Of a DNA stretch of 64,000 nt, positions 1 through 11,529 are shown one piece after another. Source of the stretch: Sphaerodactylus townsendi (lineage: Eukaryota). The notes beneath the pieces are model-generated. The model had not been told where the DNA came from, did not search any database, and saw nothing but the letters and a program-made list of their open reading frames with translations. Position 1 is the stretch's first letter. Each line of letters opens with the position of its first letter. The stretch is from positions 109,616,001 through 109,680,000 of the forward strand of contig NC_059430.1 of the NCBI RefSeq assembly GCF_021028975.2, written 5' to 3'. A program made the position numbers and the translations under genes.

Positions 1-1728
1 ATGAAATAAAGCATTAGTGCTAAGCAGGATGGGGTATTCAGAAGACGGAACTGTAAGATTAAGAAAACTAGCTGATACGAAGGAATGAATTTTTTTATTC
101 TATTACACCATTACTAATTTGACATTTTAACAAGTTAAAGAAATCTACTGTTTGTTCTTCTTTCTGGAGTTAGAGCTACCAGAAAAGACAACGTTCCTTC
201 AGTACGCGTCGACGCAGTATTGCATTGCTGTGAATGTCTGTTTCAATCAATGTTAAGAGTGGATGATTCTCTCTGGATTCTTGGAAGGCAAGAATAACAG
301 CATTCTAGGCTATATGACCACTAGAAAGACTCTGGCCAGAAAACGAATCTCAGGTCAGAAACACCTCTCATCCAAACAGCAGAGTCACCTGGCAAAGGGA
401 CAATGTACAATTATGATACAAGATAAATAAGTTATAGCCATGCAGAGAGAAAAAGGATTGCCAGTGAAGCAGAAAAGCTAGACGCGAGGTCAAATATACA
501 TGAACAGCTGGGTCAGACCAATGGTCCATCTAGTACAGAATCTGGTTTCATTTAGTGGCCAACCAGATATCTCACAAAAGTAGAGCACAAAATCTGATGT
601 CGTTGCCCCAGTTTCAGGAATGAAATGCGGAGGGTCACTTGCCTCTGAGCATTGAGATTCTACTTGCTGGAAATAAAAGACTTGGCACTGTCTCTTAACC
701 TTAGACTTCAAAGAGCAACTAGACAGTCAGAGAAATAAATGGGTCAAGACACTGGGCATCCTTTTCCTCGATTGCTCTGACACTACCCCTTTGATGTGTA
801 GACCGATACTCTCAGGGAAACGTCCTTCCTTCCTGCTTTCACACCGTCTCTTCAAACACACTCTTTCTTCTCCATCTTGGTCCCATGAGGTGGACATCTC
901 CATCTATCCTAGTAAGTTAGACTAGATTAGGAACCACATACCATTTAGACTGGAGTTCTTAACAATAGAGGAAGCCTATCCATTTGCAAAGAGGCTCCAT
1001 GTGTGTTACACCACACAATCAGATGATTGCTTTTGCACAATGCAATTCTAAGGAGTAAAAATCCCAACATTACCCACCACAGTTAATAGCCATTGGTGGC
1101 TGTATGCATATATTTTCCAGGAAACTGTATTAAGCCCACTAAACCAGTAGGGTTGCCAACCTCCGGCTGGAGCCTGGAGATCTCCTAGAATTGCAACTGA
1201 TCTCCAGACTACAGAGATCAACTCTCTGCTTCGGTAGGTGGACTCTACAGCTTTACACACTGCTGAGGTCCCTATTCTTCCCAAACCCTGCCCTCCCAAG
1301 GGTGCACCCTCAAATCTCCAGGTTTTTCTGAAGTGAGAGTTGGCAGCCCTATAAAACATCGAGGAGTGGGGAAAGTAAGAGGGAAATAGGGGAGGATCAC
1401 CAGTGTGACATCACTTCTGGTCACAAAGCCCTTTCAGCAAGCAGGATGCCCACCAGTGAGTAACATGGCCAGACACAGCCTGATTACCAGTGGGATTATG
1501 TGGAGGGAAGACAGGAGGGGTCAGTGGCAGTCCAACAGTAATGTCTTAATCTCTCTAGGAATTGCTGAAAATCCCACAATAAAGCCATAGAGTTTCCACC
1601 GATTCCTAGAAAGGCATGATAGCATTTTTTGTTCTCCATTACGGGCTGCAAGATGTGGCCAATGACAGGTTAAGCAGTCACCAATTATACAATGGGCTCT
1701 TGTAGAGCTCAGAAATACTCAGAGTACC

Positions 1729-1880
1729 CAGAGGCGTAGCAAGGGGGAAAGCACCCAGTGCACTGGTACGTCCTCTGCCCCCGTGCCACCCCGGAATGCC
1801 CCCGGAACGCCCTCACCACACCCCCACAGGGGCGTGCACCCGGTGTGTCCCCCCCCCGTCCCCTTGTAGCTACGCCTCTG
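1729..1880. mobile_element. GC-rich non-autonomous DNA transposon (MITE)
   Basis: Terminal inverted repeats CAGAGGCGTAGC...GCTACGCCTCTG; imperfect 8-bp flanks agagtacc/tcagtact. Confidence 0.6.
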
Positions 1881-2559
1881 TCAGTACTTTAAACCTAGTT
1901 GTCTGTTTTGTATAAGATTTTTGATCCTCTCACAAATACTCATGGTGGGTTATGCACCAACCTTTCAGGGTTGCCAGCTCTGGGTTGGGATATTCCTGGA
2001 GATTTTAAGGGTGGAATCTAGGGAGGTAGGGGACTTCAGCAGGGTCTAATGCCATAAAGCCCACTTTCCAAAGTATCCATTTTCTCTGAGGGAACGTATT
2101 TATGTCACCTGAAGAAAATTTATAACCTCAGGAGTTATACATTTTACAAGATGCAAACAAATATAAAGAGTGCACTATAAGGTGCCATTTGCTATATCAC
2201 TGGTTATGAAAGCTCATAAATCAGTAATTTACTTACAATGTAGGGTGATCACTTGATACAAAGCTTATTTATTATGATTTTACTTCAATGTGTTAAGTGA
2301 ACATAACATTAATGTACAACCCAAAGCCAGAGAATTAAGTCAATAATTTCTTGCAATTCTTAATATACAGTAAAGTTGAGAAAATAGGATGTTTGAAAGT
2401 ATTAATGTGTTTACAGTCATTGTATCTTCAGTGGATTAAGGCTAGTTGTTTCCTTTAAACTCATGTTCCTCTAAGTTTGAGAGCTAACAAGCTAAGTACG
2501 CTTATTTGTAATTTACTCTTTAAAATGTGGTGCAGTTCCTGTTGGGATTGAATATTGGG

Positions 2560-3376
2560 CCACTCCCCACTCACCATAAACCGCGGGGTCACCTCTTTAA
2601 AAGACACGAGGAGGATGGACGTTCCCCACGTCACCAGCGCCCACTGCGCAGCTGCCCTTAATTTGCCGCTCTCCCACCTCCTTGTCGCGCGGCAAATTAG
2701 GTCCTCTGAAAAGAGCAATATTTTCAAAAACCCCGCAGGTGCCACAGGGGGGGGTGAGGGAACATACCTCGGCTGCTTTACGAGCTGCTGATTCACTCCT
2801 GGATTCGCCAGCAGCGCTTCCTCGCCAAACAGGAACCATGTATTTGTTTTAGGGGAGGGTGTCCCCGTCAGAAAGTGCTCGGAAATTGAGACGAGGTGCA
2901 CAACAAGACGTCGCCAACATTGCTCTTTTTTTTGCTCTTTTTGCTCGAGCTCCATTGTTTTGCAGCTTGACAAAGTGCCGCTGAGCACAGGGTTGTCGGG
3001 CGGTAAACCGAAACCGATTTTTACTTTCATTTTTCTGCCCAAGCAATTTGCAACAGGTAGTGACGTCATCATGTGCAGATGTCTCAAAACAATGCGTTCA
3101 GCTTATCCAAACGAACTTTTCGGGTCAGCCAATCAAAATGCCGAGCTCCCCGGCCTTCGGCTGGCTGCTGGTAACTCCCATCGTAAATGATGCACACGTG
3201 TGCCAGCCAATCAGAACACTCGATTGCCTCTTTGACTCTTGATGTGGAACCCCGCGCTATTTCCTGAATGGAAAATGAGTGGGGAACAAATGTCTCCATT
3301 GTCAAAAGCCATGGAGGCTTTTTTCTATGAAGAGGTCGCTCGCGTGGGTTGCACGCTCCAGATCAGGGAGGTAAGT
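2560..3376. promoter_or_regulatory. CpG-rich promoter-like region, probably bidirectional, gene unidentified
   Basis: Local CpG enrichment; perfect CRE TGACGTCA 3061-3068; two AGCCAATCA boxes (CCAAT 3129-3133, 3207-3211); E-box CACGTG 3195-3200; + strand donor GAG|GTAAGT at 3370/3371 and - strand donor GAG|GTATGT at 2768/2767. Confidence 0.55.
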
Positions 3377-4230
3377 GGGGAGTGGCCCACTGTTTCATAG
3401 ATACCAGAAGCTCTTGCAACAGATCTTTAGGTTGCTGACAAGCTTATGTGATCTAATGTGGTGAGTGACTCCATGGTGGTAGCCTGGTATGTTCAAGTTG
3501 TTTTGTGTAATTATAAATATTGATGACCTTTGTAATGGCCTTATTTTGATGACCTTACCTGCCTTGTAAGAATACTGTACACTGATGAAGACTATCAAAA
3601 CAGGATAGAACCGGCAGCCTGTCTGTGAACTGTTTCGAATTACTTTGGATAAAACTGCTGAACAGCATAAATAAAATAAAGAACTGTGTCTACACTGCAA
3701 GTGTTCTTTCAGGATCTTTATGATGGAAACTCAGTAAAGAAAGCCTCTTTAAGTCAGCTATCTGTTGCCTTTATGAGCTGGGACTCCTTGTTTCTTGTTT
3801 TGTTCATTACCTGGAAGCTAGATTTCCCCCTATGACTGTTTACGAAGACAGTTCAATACCAGCACATTCAGGCAGGGAAACTTAGCCCAAAGATGAGATA
3901 TTCCTCAGATCTTTAGTTTTCGCTGCTAACCCTGAAAACCTGGCTCTCAGCCTTCAAAAATCAATGTATTCTGACTAATCACCTGTTACCTCCCCCTGTC
4001 AGATCTTAACAGCTCCCTCTGACTGATGGCTTAGAGCTCTTCTCTGAATGAGTCCTGTGTCTCTGGGATGCACTTCTGTGCTTTTCCCATATATCTGCGG
4101 TATTTATTCCATAACAAATTGAATTACTGTGGATTTAAATAATTTCCAAGCAACCTGAGGAGATAAAAATGGCTGAAAAAGGCCGATTTGTAAATTTGCT
4201 TTCAACCTTGCTTTTTAAACACTGTTAGAC

Positions 4231-4366
4231 CATAGGTGTCAAACTCGCGGCCCTCCAGATGTTATGGACTACAGTTCCCATCACCCCCCTGCCTGCATCA
4301 TGCTGGCAGGGAATGATGGGAACTGTAGTCCATAACGTCTGGAGGGCCGCGAGTTTGACACCTGTG
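4231..4366. mobile_element. Palindromic hAT-type MITE
   Basis: Near-perfect fold-back element cataggtgtcaaactcgcgg...ccgcgagtttgacacctgtg; flanks tgttagac/gtttagac. Confidence 0.75.
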
Positions 4367-4880
4367 GTTTAGACCATTAGCTAATATTTCTACCACCTGG
4401 TTTTTTTGGCCTCTTCCACCCAATTGCTTGTCATGTTTGGGACACTCTGGCATTTCCAAATGTATGTGGAGAGGCGTGCTGATCTGTTTGAATCAGTTCT
4501 AGCTGAAATCAGACTCTGGACTGTTTACTCTTTGGGCCAGTTCACTCAACACAATGTCCCCCTGGCTGCCACCAGGATCTTGTATCACACGCATGCTGGC
4601 AGTGCCAATGCTTCACTGTTTCTGAACAGGAACCACAGCACACATGGGAAAGTACCTTTCGCATTAGTCCTTCACCCCATGATGTTCTCCTGACCTGAGA
4701 TCCCCCAGCTATTTGCTGAGCTGGAAAATGTGCACACAGTGATGGCCCCACACTAGTTTCCCAACAAAGGAAATAGCAGTTCCCATACAGTGTTCCAGGT
4801 AGAGAAAATGGCACCCAGGGAGGGCTGCAGAGATCAATTCCTCTGGTGAAAATGGCAGCTTTGAAGGGTGGACTCTATGG

Positions 4881-5391
4881 CAGTGATGGCGAACCTTTTC
4901 GAGACCGACTGCCCAAATTGCAACCCAAAACCCACTTATTTATCACAAAGTGCCAACATGGCAATTTAACCTGAATACTGAGGTTTTAGTTTAGAAAAAA
5001 TGGTTGGCTCTGAGGCGTGGGTTACTCGGGAGTAAGCTTGGTGGTAGCCGGAGACTTTGCTTTGAAGCAACCGTGCAACTCTTCCAACAGGTGAATCATG
5101 ACCCTAGGAGGGTTTACTCAGAAGCAAGCCCCATTGCCAGCAACCGAGCTTACTCTCAGGTAAAGGATCGCGCTTTTGTTCTTCGCATGAAAATCAGTGA
5201 GGTTTAACAGTGCTTAACAGGGTTACCTGCACTGTTTCCCCAAAACTAGGTCTTAGGTTTAATGCTAATAATCAAGACCAGTGGCCCAGGCCAGCCAAGA
5301 TGGGGGGGGGGGGCGACTCTGTTTGTGCGTGCCCATAGAGAGGGCTCTGAGTGCCACCTCTGGCACCCGTGCCATAGGTTTGCCACCACTG
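4881..5391. mobile_element. Non-autonomous hAT transposon
   Basis: TIRs CAGTGATGGCGAACC / GGTTTGCCACCACTG; perfect 8-bp TSD CTCTATGG (4873-4880, 5392-5399). Confidence 0.85.
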
Positions 5392-6731
5392 CTCTATGGT
5401 ATCACACCCAGTGGACTCTATGGTATTACACCCTTCCCCTCCCCAAACCCTTCCCTCCTCATGTTCCACCCCTGGATCTCCAGGACTTTCTCAACCCAGA
5501 GTTGGCACCCCTAGCTGCCAGCCATGGTTTCATTCAGAATCCAGCCCCAATGAGGAAAAAGATCTTCCGTCACACATGTGATCCTTGGCATGTCTTTTGT
5601 GGCAGCCATGAGGACTTCCTGTCATGCCACTCTGAGTTGACTAAGGCGTGCCTCTCCGTCTGTCATTGCCCCAGCTTTAAGATGTACTTTTTAACCATTC
5701 CGGTTTCACCATTTCACAGAAGAGGAGATCGATATTTCTCAAGTTAACAGTTTTGTTTAAAGCCTTGCAGTGAAATGAAATAATGCCTCTTCTGTTGGCT
5801 TGGGACAGCTGTGATGTTAATGCCTCCGTTGTGTGTCAGCTGAGGGCAAATTACCCTTCCAGTCCTAGTCATGAGTCATCCTGTCATTACGTGTTAGCCA
5901 CTTACTGTACCTCCACTACAATGCAATTTAGATCCAATAAAAGTTGTGACAGTGTTTTTATCCACTTCATTAAGCTACTAATTTCTTGTTAAAAAATGTA
6001 CATTAATCTTTTTACAGCTTAATGTAGAGTGACATATTTTGAGTCCATAACATTGATTAGGTTCTGCCTGAGAATAATTTTCACGGGACCTTTAAAATGT
6101 AAAGTTACTATAATTTAATTTTCCGATATAGTTATGGCAGTATTGATCTTGGAAAGAAAACAGTGGCTCTGTTTTAAACGCCAAAGTATTAATAATAATT
6201 GTAAGTGGTTAGGGACATAGTCTGTTGGAAATGGCTGTCTTAGAAGTTCGTTATGAATATATGAAGCTTCCTTATACTGTTATCAGGCTTTTGGGCCATC
6301 AAAGTCAGTCCTGTCTGATCTGACTGGCACTCGTACTCCAGTCTTGCATAGGCTCTCATACAGAGGTCTTTCCCATCACCTCCTACCTGCTCGTTTTAAA
6401 TAGATATGCCAAGGATTGAACCTGGGACCTTTTCATACATCAAGCAGATACTCAACCACCGAACCTCTGCCCTTCTCCCAACCATAAAGCTGTCTGAAGC
6501 TTTCTGGGGCCATCAAGGTTTTATCCATCTTAGCTGGCCTTCCTTCCCAGTCTTCTTTTCCTCCAGTGTCATTATTTCTAGTATTATCTAATGTGAATGT
6601 ATGAAGGGGTATTGAAAAGTTAATTGTTCCTCTTTCGTGGGTTAGTTTATTTTAAGGCACCGGATTTCATTGTTACGTCGTTGTTATGTTGATTTGATTT
6701 TAGTGAGACTGCTAATATTGCTGTTAGCTAC

Positions 6732-7011
6732 AAGAAGAAGAAGAGGAGGAGGAGGAGGAGGAGGAGGAGGAGTTTGGATTTAAGGAGACTCTCCTGTAAG
6801 GAGACTCACGGTGGCTTACAAACTCCTTTCCCTTCCTCTCCCCTCAATAGACACCTTGTGAGGTAGATGGGGGTGAGAGAGTTCCAAAGAACTGTGACTA
6901 GCAAGAATCTAGGAGTGCGGAAACACATCTAGTTCACCAGATAAGCGGAGTGGGGAATCAAACCTGGTTCTCCAGATTAATGCTCTTAACCATTACACTA
7001 CACTGGCTCTC
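6732..7011 (-). mobile_element. tRNA-derived SINE (Squam3-like)
   Basis: Shares its body with copies at 7263, 16121, 37528, 39776, 47543 and 61100; tRNA-like head and (CTT)/(CCT)n tail. Confidence 0.7.
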
Positions 7012-7055
7012 ATATTATGCTGGTCCTAAGCCTGCTGTGACAGGGGAGGTTGAGT

Positions 7056-7262
7056 NNNNNNNNNNNNNNNNNNNNNNNNNNNNNNNNNNNNNNNNNNNNN
7101 NNNNNNNNNNNNNNNNNNNNNNNNNNNNNNNNNNNNNNNNNNNNNNNNNNNNNNNNNNNNNNNNNNNNNNNNNNNNNNNNNNNNNNNNNNNNNNNNNNNN
7201 NNNNNNNNNNNNNNNNNNNNNNNNNNNNNNNNNNNNNNNNNNNNNNNNNNNNNNNNNNNNNN
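7056..7262. other. Assembly gap (207 N)
   Basis: Run of N, flanked by SINE copies. Confidence 1.
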
Positions 7263-7500
7263 GGAGACTCAAAGGGGCTTACAATCTCCTTGCCCTTCCC
7301 CCCTCAAAACAAACACCCTGTGAGGTGGGTGGGGCTGAGAGAGCTCCAAGAAGCTGTGACTAGCCCAAGGTCACCCAACTGGCATGTGTGGGAGTGTACA
7401 GGCCAATCTGAATTCCCCACAGCTCAGGCGGCAGAGCTGGGAATCAAACCTGGTTCCTCTAGATTAGATACACAAGCTCTTAACCTCCTACGCCACTGCT
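7263..7500 (-). mobile_element. tRNA-derived SINE (Squam3-like), cut by the gap
   Basis: Same body as the 16121-16425 copy. Confidence 0.7.
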
Positions 7501-7835
7501 GCTCAGTATCTCCTGGACTGACTGGCAGCAGCTCTCCAAGGGTTTTATCTGAGGTCCGTCACATCACCTCACACCTGATCCTTTTAACTGGAAATTGAAC
7601 CTGAGACCTGTTTCATGCCAAGCAGATGTTCTACTCATGAGCCACAGCTCCAGTATAATTATGGCTGAACATATCTAAAACAATTACAACTTCAGCTGGG
7701 TTTGTTTCTTTAAACTCCACTATTACTCTGCTCTGTAAATCACACCCAGAAAGAAAAAGTAGACCCACATTTCGCACTGCATCACACAAGTATTCCAGCT
7801 CTTCTTCCATCTACTTCCACATCGTTTAGTGATTT

Positions 7836-7868
<33 letters not shown>

Positions 7869-7869
7869 C
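7836..7869. repeat. (CA)n microsatellite
   Basis: Directly visible, one interruption. Confidence 0.95.
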
Positions 7870-8391
7870 TTTCTTTCGGTTGGTGAAGAAGCTGTTGTGG
7901 TGAAGTAGTTTGAACAAACACCCTCCCTCTAATGAAAACAACTGAAATCCAAGCTGCAAGTTCAAGCACCGAATACCCCTTGTTGCTGCTGGGGGTGCCA
8001 AGGGCTGCTGTGAGCCTCTGGGCATAGATCCCCCACCCTGTACAATTCTGATTCAGATCGAGCATCATAAGTAAACAAGCTAAATGTACTGTCAGCACAC
8101 TATATAGAAGCCTGATCTCAGAGGTGACGGTAAGCGAGACAGAAAGAAGCAAAGGCATATAATGTTGTGACATTTAACTTGCTTAAAATTCTATGATTGC
8201 TAACTAAAACAGCAAGTGGTAGACATGTAGCAATAATGCTGTGTGTTTGTTGTGAATTTTCATTAAGTAAAATTAGAGTTAGAACGATGCCAAAGAGATT
8301 TCAGGTGGCACTAGGGCAGTGTGACAGAGGACTGGCTAGGGCTTTGAACACAAGAGTCCCAGCAGCAACTTGCTTCTGCCTCTGCCTGATA

Positions 8392-8644
8392 CCCTGTTTC
8401 CCTGAAAATAAGACATCCCCCCAAAATAAGACATAGTAGAGGTTTTGCTGAAGCGCTAAATATAAAGCATCCCCCGAAAGTAAGACGTACCAAAGTTTTT
8501 GTTTGGAAGCATGCCTGTTGAACAGAATACCAGAGCATGCAGCCATGGAGCAAAAAAATAAGACATCCCCTGAAAATAAGACATGGCGCATCTTTGGGAG
8601 CAAAAATTAATATAAGACACTGTCTTATTTTCAGGGAAACATGG
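8392..8644. mobile_element. Tc1/mariner-pogo type MITE
   Basis: TIRs CCCTGTTTCCCTGAAAATAAGAC / GTCTTATTTTCAGGGAAACATGG; TA flanks; internal AAAATAAGAC repeats; close relative at 61846-62077. Confidence 0.8.
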
Positions 8645-8788
8645 TACCTTGTGATTGGAGGACATGCAATAAACAGGGTCCCGTCTGGAAATATAAGGAA
8701 AAGAGTAAATCTGTGCAAGGGAAGGGATTCATGAGTTACTTAAAAAAAAAATTGAAATTGGTAATTTAGAGAAACTCCTACACTTATT

Positions 8789-9431
8789 CAGTGGTGGGAT
8801 TCTAATGATTTACCCACAGGTTCACCCCCCACCGCACCCCCTGCCATGTGCCTCCCCCGCTGCCCACTTACCAGGCTGCTGCACCCCCCCTTTTTGAAGT
8901 TGGACTGGGGGAGCGAGGGAAGGCGGTGGCTGTAGCTTGGCCAACGTGCCGCCAGGCCAGCCGCCTGGCCACCAAAAGGGCCAGGCATCTTTCACCGGCT
9001 GGCCACAGGAGGCCAGCTGCACAGCCCAGGGGGGCTTTCTCCAGCATTGGGTAGGAAGCCTGGGTGGGCGGCAGCCACTGGAGGCCCCCATGGGGGGCTG
9101 GCTGCCTCTGGGATGGTGTTGCAGCCTTCGGGGGAGGCCTGCTCGCTCTGAGCCAGCATCACAGCCTTTGGGGGAGGCCTGCTTGCACCCGGCTGCTCCG
9201 GGGCTCTAAAAGCCCCCTCTCTCCCCCTCCCCTGAGAGAGGGGATGACAGGGCTTTTAGTGCCTCGGAGCAGCCTAGTGGCAAGGCGCCCCCCTGCTCGG
9301 GGGCTCTGAAAGCCACCTCGCTTCCCCTCCCCTGGGGTGGTGGGATTCATTCAGCCAGTTCACCAAACTACATTAAAAAATTAGCTACTGGTTCTACCAA
9401 ACTGGTGCAAACCAGCTGAATCCCACCACTG
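8789..9431. mobile_element. Non-autonomous hAT-like element with GC-rich interior
   Basis: TIRs CAGTGGTGGGATTC / GAATCCCACCACTG; same TIR family as 49860-50417; TSD degraded. Confidence 0.7.
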
Positions 9432-9495
9432 TCCTTAATGGACCAAGGTATCTACAGAACTGTCTTCTTCCAGACATTCCAGCTTGGGAAGTAAG

Positions 9496-9580
9496 ATGGC
9501 CCTGACCTGAACAGTTCCAGGTTAGCCTGAGCTCATCAGATCTCGGAAGCTAAGCAAGGTCAGCCCTGGTTGGTATTAGT
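9496..9580 (+). mobile_element. 5S rRNA-derived SINE, 5' part (split by CR1; resumes about 10373-10470)
   Basis: gatctcggaagctaagcaaggtcagccctggttggtatt resembles the 5S internal region; continues after the CR1 as atgggagacc followed by a ggcaatggcaaaccacctctg tail. Confidence 0.65.
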
Positions 9581-9582
9581 TG

Positions 9583-10372
9583 ATAGTTCCATGGGAATGT
9601 CAACTCAATGCATGGCAGCTGTGAAAAAGGCAAACTCTATGCTGGGGATAATTAGGAAAGGAGTTGATAATAAAACTGCAAGGATTGTCTTGCCCTTATA
9701 TAAAGCAGTGGTGCGACCGCACTTGGAGTACTGTGTTCAGTTCTGGTCGCCACATCTCAAAAAGGATATCGAAGAGATAGAAAAAGTGCAGAGAAGGGCA
9801 ACGAGGATGATTGAAGGATTGGAGCACCTTCCTTATGAGGAGAGGCTGCAGCGTTTGGGACTCTTTAGTTTGGAGAGGAGACGGCTGAGGGGGGATATGA
9901 TTGAAGTCTATAAAATTATGCATGGGGTAGAAAATGTTGACAGAGAGAAATTTTTCTCTCTTTCTCACAATACTAGAACCAGGGGGGCATTCATTGAAAA
10001 TGCTGGGGGGAAGAATTAGGACTAATAAAAGGAAACACTTCTTCACGCAGCGTGTGATTGGTGTTTGGAATATGCTGCCACAGGAGGTGGTGATGGCCAC
10101 TAACCTGGATAGCTTTAAAAGGGGCTTGGACAGATTTATGGAGGAGAAGTCAATCTATGGCTACCAATCTTGATCCTCCTTGATCTCAGATTGCAAATGC
10201 CTTAGCAGACCAGGTGCTCAGGAGCAGCAGCAGCAGCAGCAGGCCATTGCTTTCACCTCCTGCATGTGAGCTCCCAAAGGCACCTGGTGGGCCACTGCGA
10301 GTAGCAGAATGCTGGACTAGATGGACTCTGGTCTGATCCAGCAGGCTAGTTCTTATGTTCTTATGTTCTTAT
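9583..10372 (+). mobile_element. CR1 LINE, 5'-truncated (ORF2 C-terminus and 3' UTR)
   Basis: ORF ...VKKANSMLGII...LYKAVVRPHLEYCVQFWSPHLKKD...LFSLERRRLRGDMIEVYK is typical of CR1 ORF2; one frameshift near 9985; (TTCTTATG)n tail 10350-10372. Confidence 0.95.
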
Positions 10373-10875
10373 GAATGGGAGACCATCAAGGTATAGAATG
10401 GATGTGATGCAGAGACAGGCAATGGCAAACCACCTCTGAACTTCTCTTGCCTTGAAAAACCTATTTGCTATAAGTTAGTCAAGAGCCTCTTTGATCCTTC
10501 TTTCTTTTGCCATCAAGTCACATTTGCCATAAGTCAGATAATCCTCCACAGTTCAAGTGGCAGAGCGGGGAATCAAACTCAGTTCTCCAGATTAGAGTGC
10601 ACCTGCTCTTAACCACTACACCACACTGGCTCTCAAGGAAGGTGAGCCTGGCCCCCTCGTTCTGTACTTTTAGGAGGCAGCTGAAGAAGACTGCTCAGAA
10701 CAACATTTAATTAGTTTAGTTTTTCTGCCTATTGGCTGTTTTAAATTGTGATTTTTAATTCATGGCCTTATATGTGCTTTATGCATTTTAATGTTTCATA
10801 TTGTTATTACATTGTAAGCCACCTCAAGTTCCATAGAAGGTGAGCTAATAAAGGTTTTAAATGAGCAAAAAGGAA

Positions 10876-11000
10876 CATAATAACATAAGAAAGAGCCTGC
10901 TGGATCAGACCAGAGTCCATCTAGTCCAGCACTCTGCTACTCGCAGTGGCCCACCAGGTGCCTTTGGGAGTTCACATGCAGGAGGTGAAAGCAATGGATA
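10876..11000 (-). mobile_element. CR1 3' UTR fragment
   Basis: Reverse complement of about 10245-10372. Confidence 0.8.
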
Positions 11001-11529
11001 TACCTGTGCCTATTTTAAAAAAAATTACTGAAGCCCTGGCAGCCCAGAGGTGGGCAGTGGAAACTTCTGGGGGATTGGGTCAGCGGACTTGTGGGAAAAC
11101 CAGTTGTGTGGAAGCCTCATTGCTGCTGTGATTTATCTGCAGCTATACCAGCAATGAGAAAACCAGAAAGGCCCATCCTTGTGTGGAAGTCACTTTTTTC
11201 TCTTCACCTGTAAAACTTACATAGTAGAATTTGTGCAGCAAAGAGTGAAAAGGAAGGATACATGCATTGGTTACATGCATTCAGTTTTTCTATTGGGGGG
11301 GGGAACCAAAGTTGGTTTCAACCGTGGGCTTGTGGCAGCATCCTGTACATTTTGGAAAAAGCTATTATGTCATTTGGACCATCAGACTAGAGAACCCAAA
11401 ACACAGGATCCAAAGCTTAGGGTCTGCTAGGTGAAATCAGAGACAAGCCACCTAGATTTATAAGCTGATTGTTCAAAAAGGATGTCCAATTCAGAATCCA
11501 TATATGTGAGATGCTTACTTTCTTTCTCA

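Noticed and set aside
2461-3087. 208-aa minus-strand ORF
   Set aside because: No recognisable homology; it runs through promoter motifs and past a strong splice donor
6950-7598. ORFs of 85-182 aa
   Set aside because: Artefacts of translating through the N gap and SINE sequence
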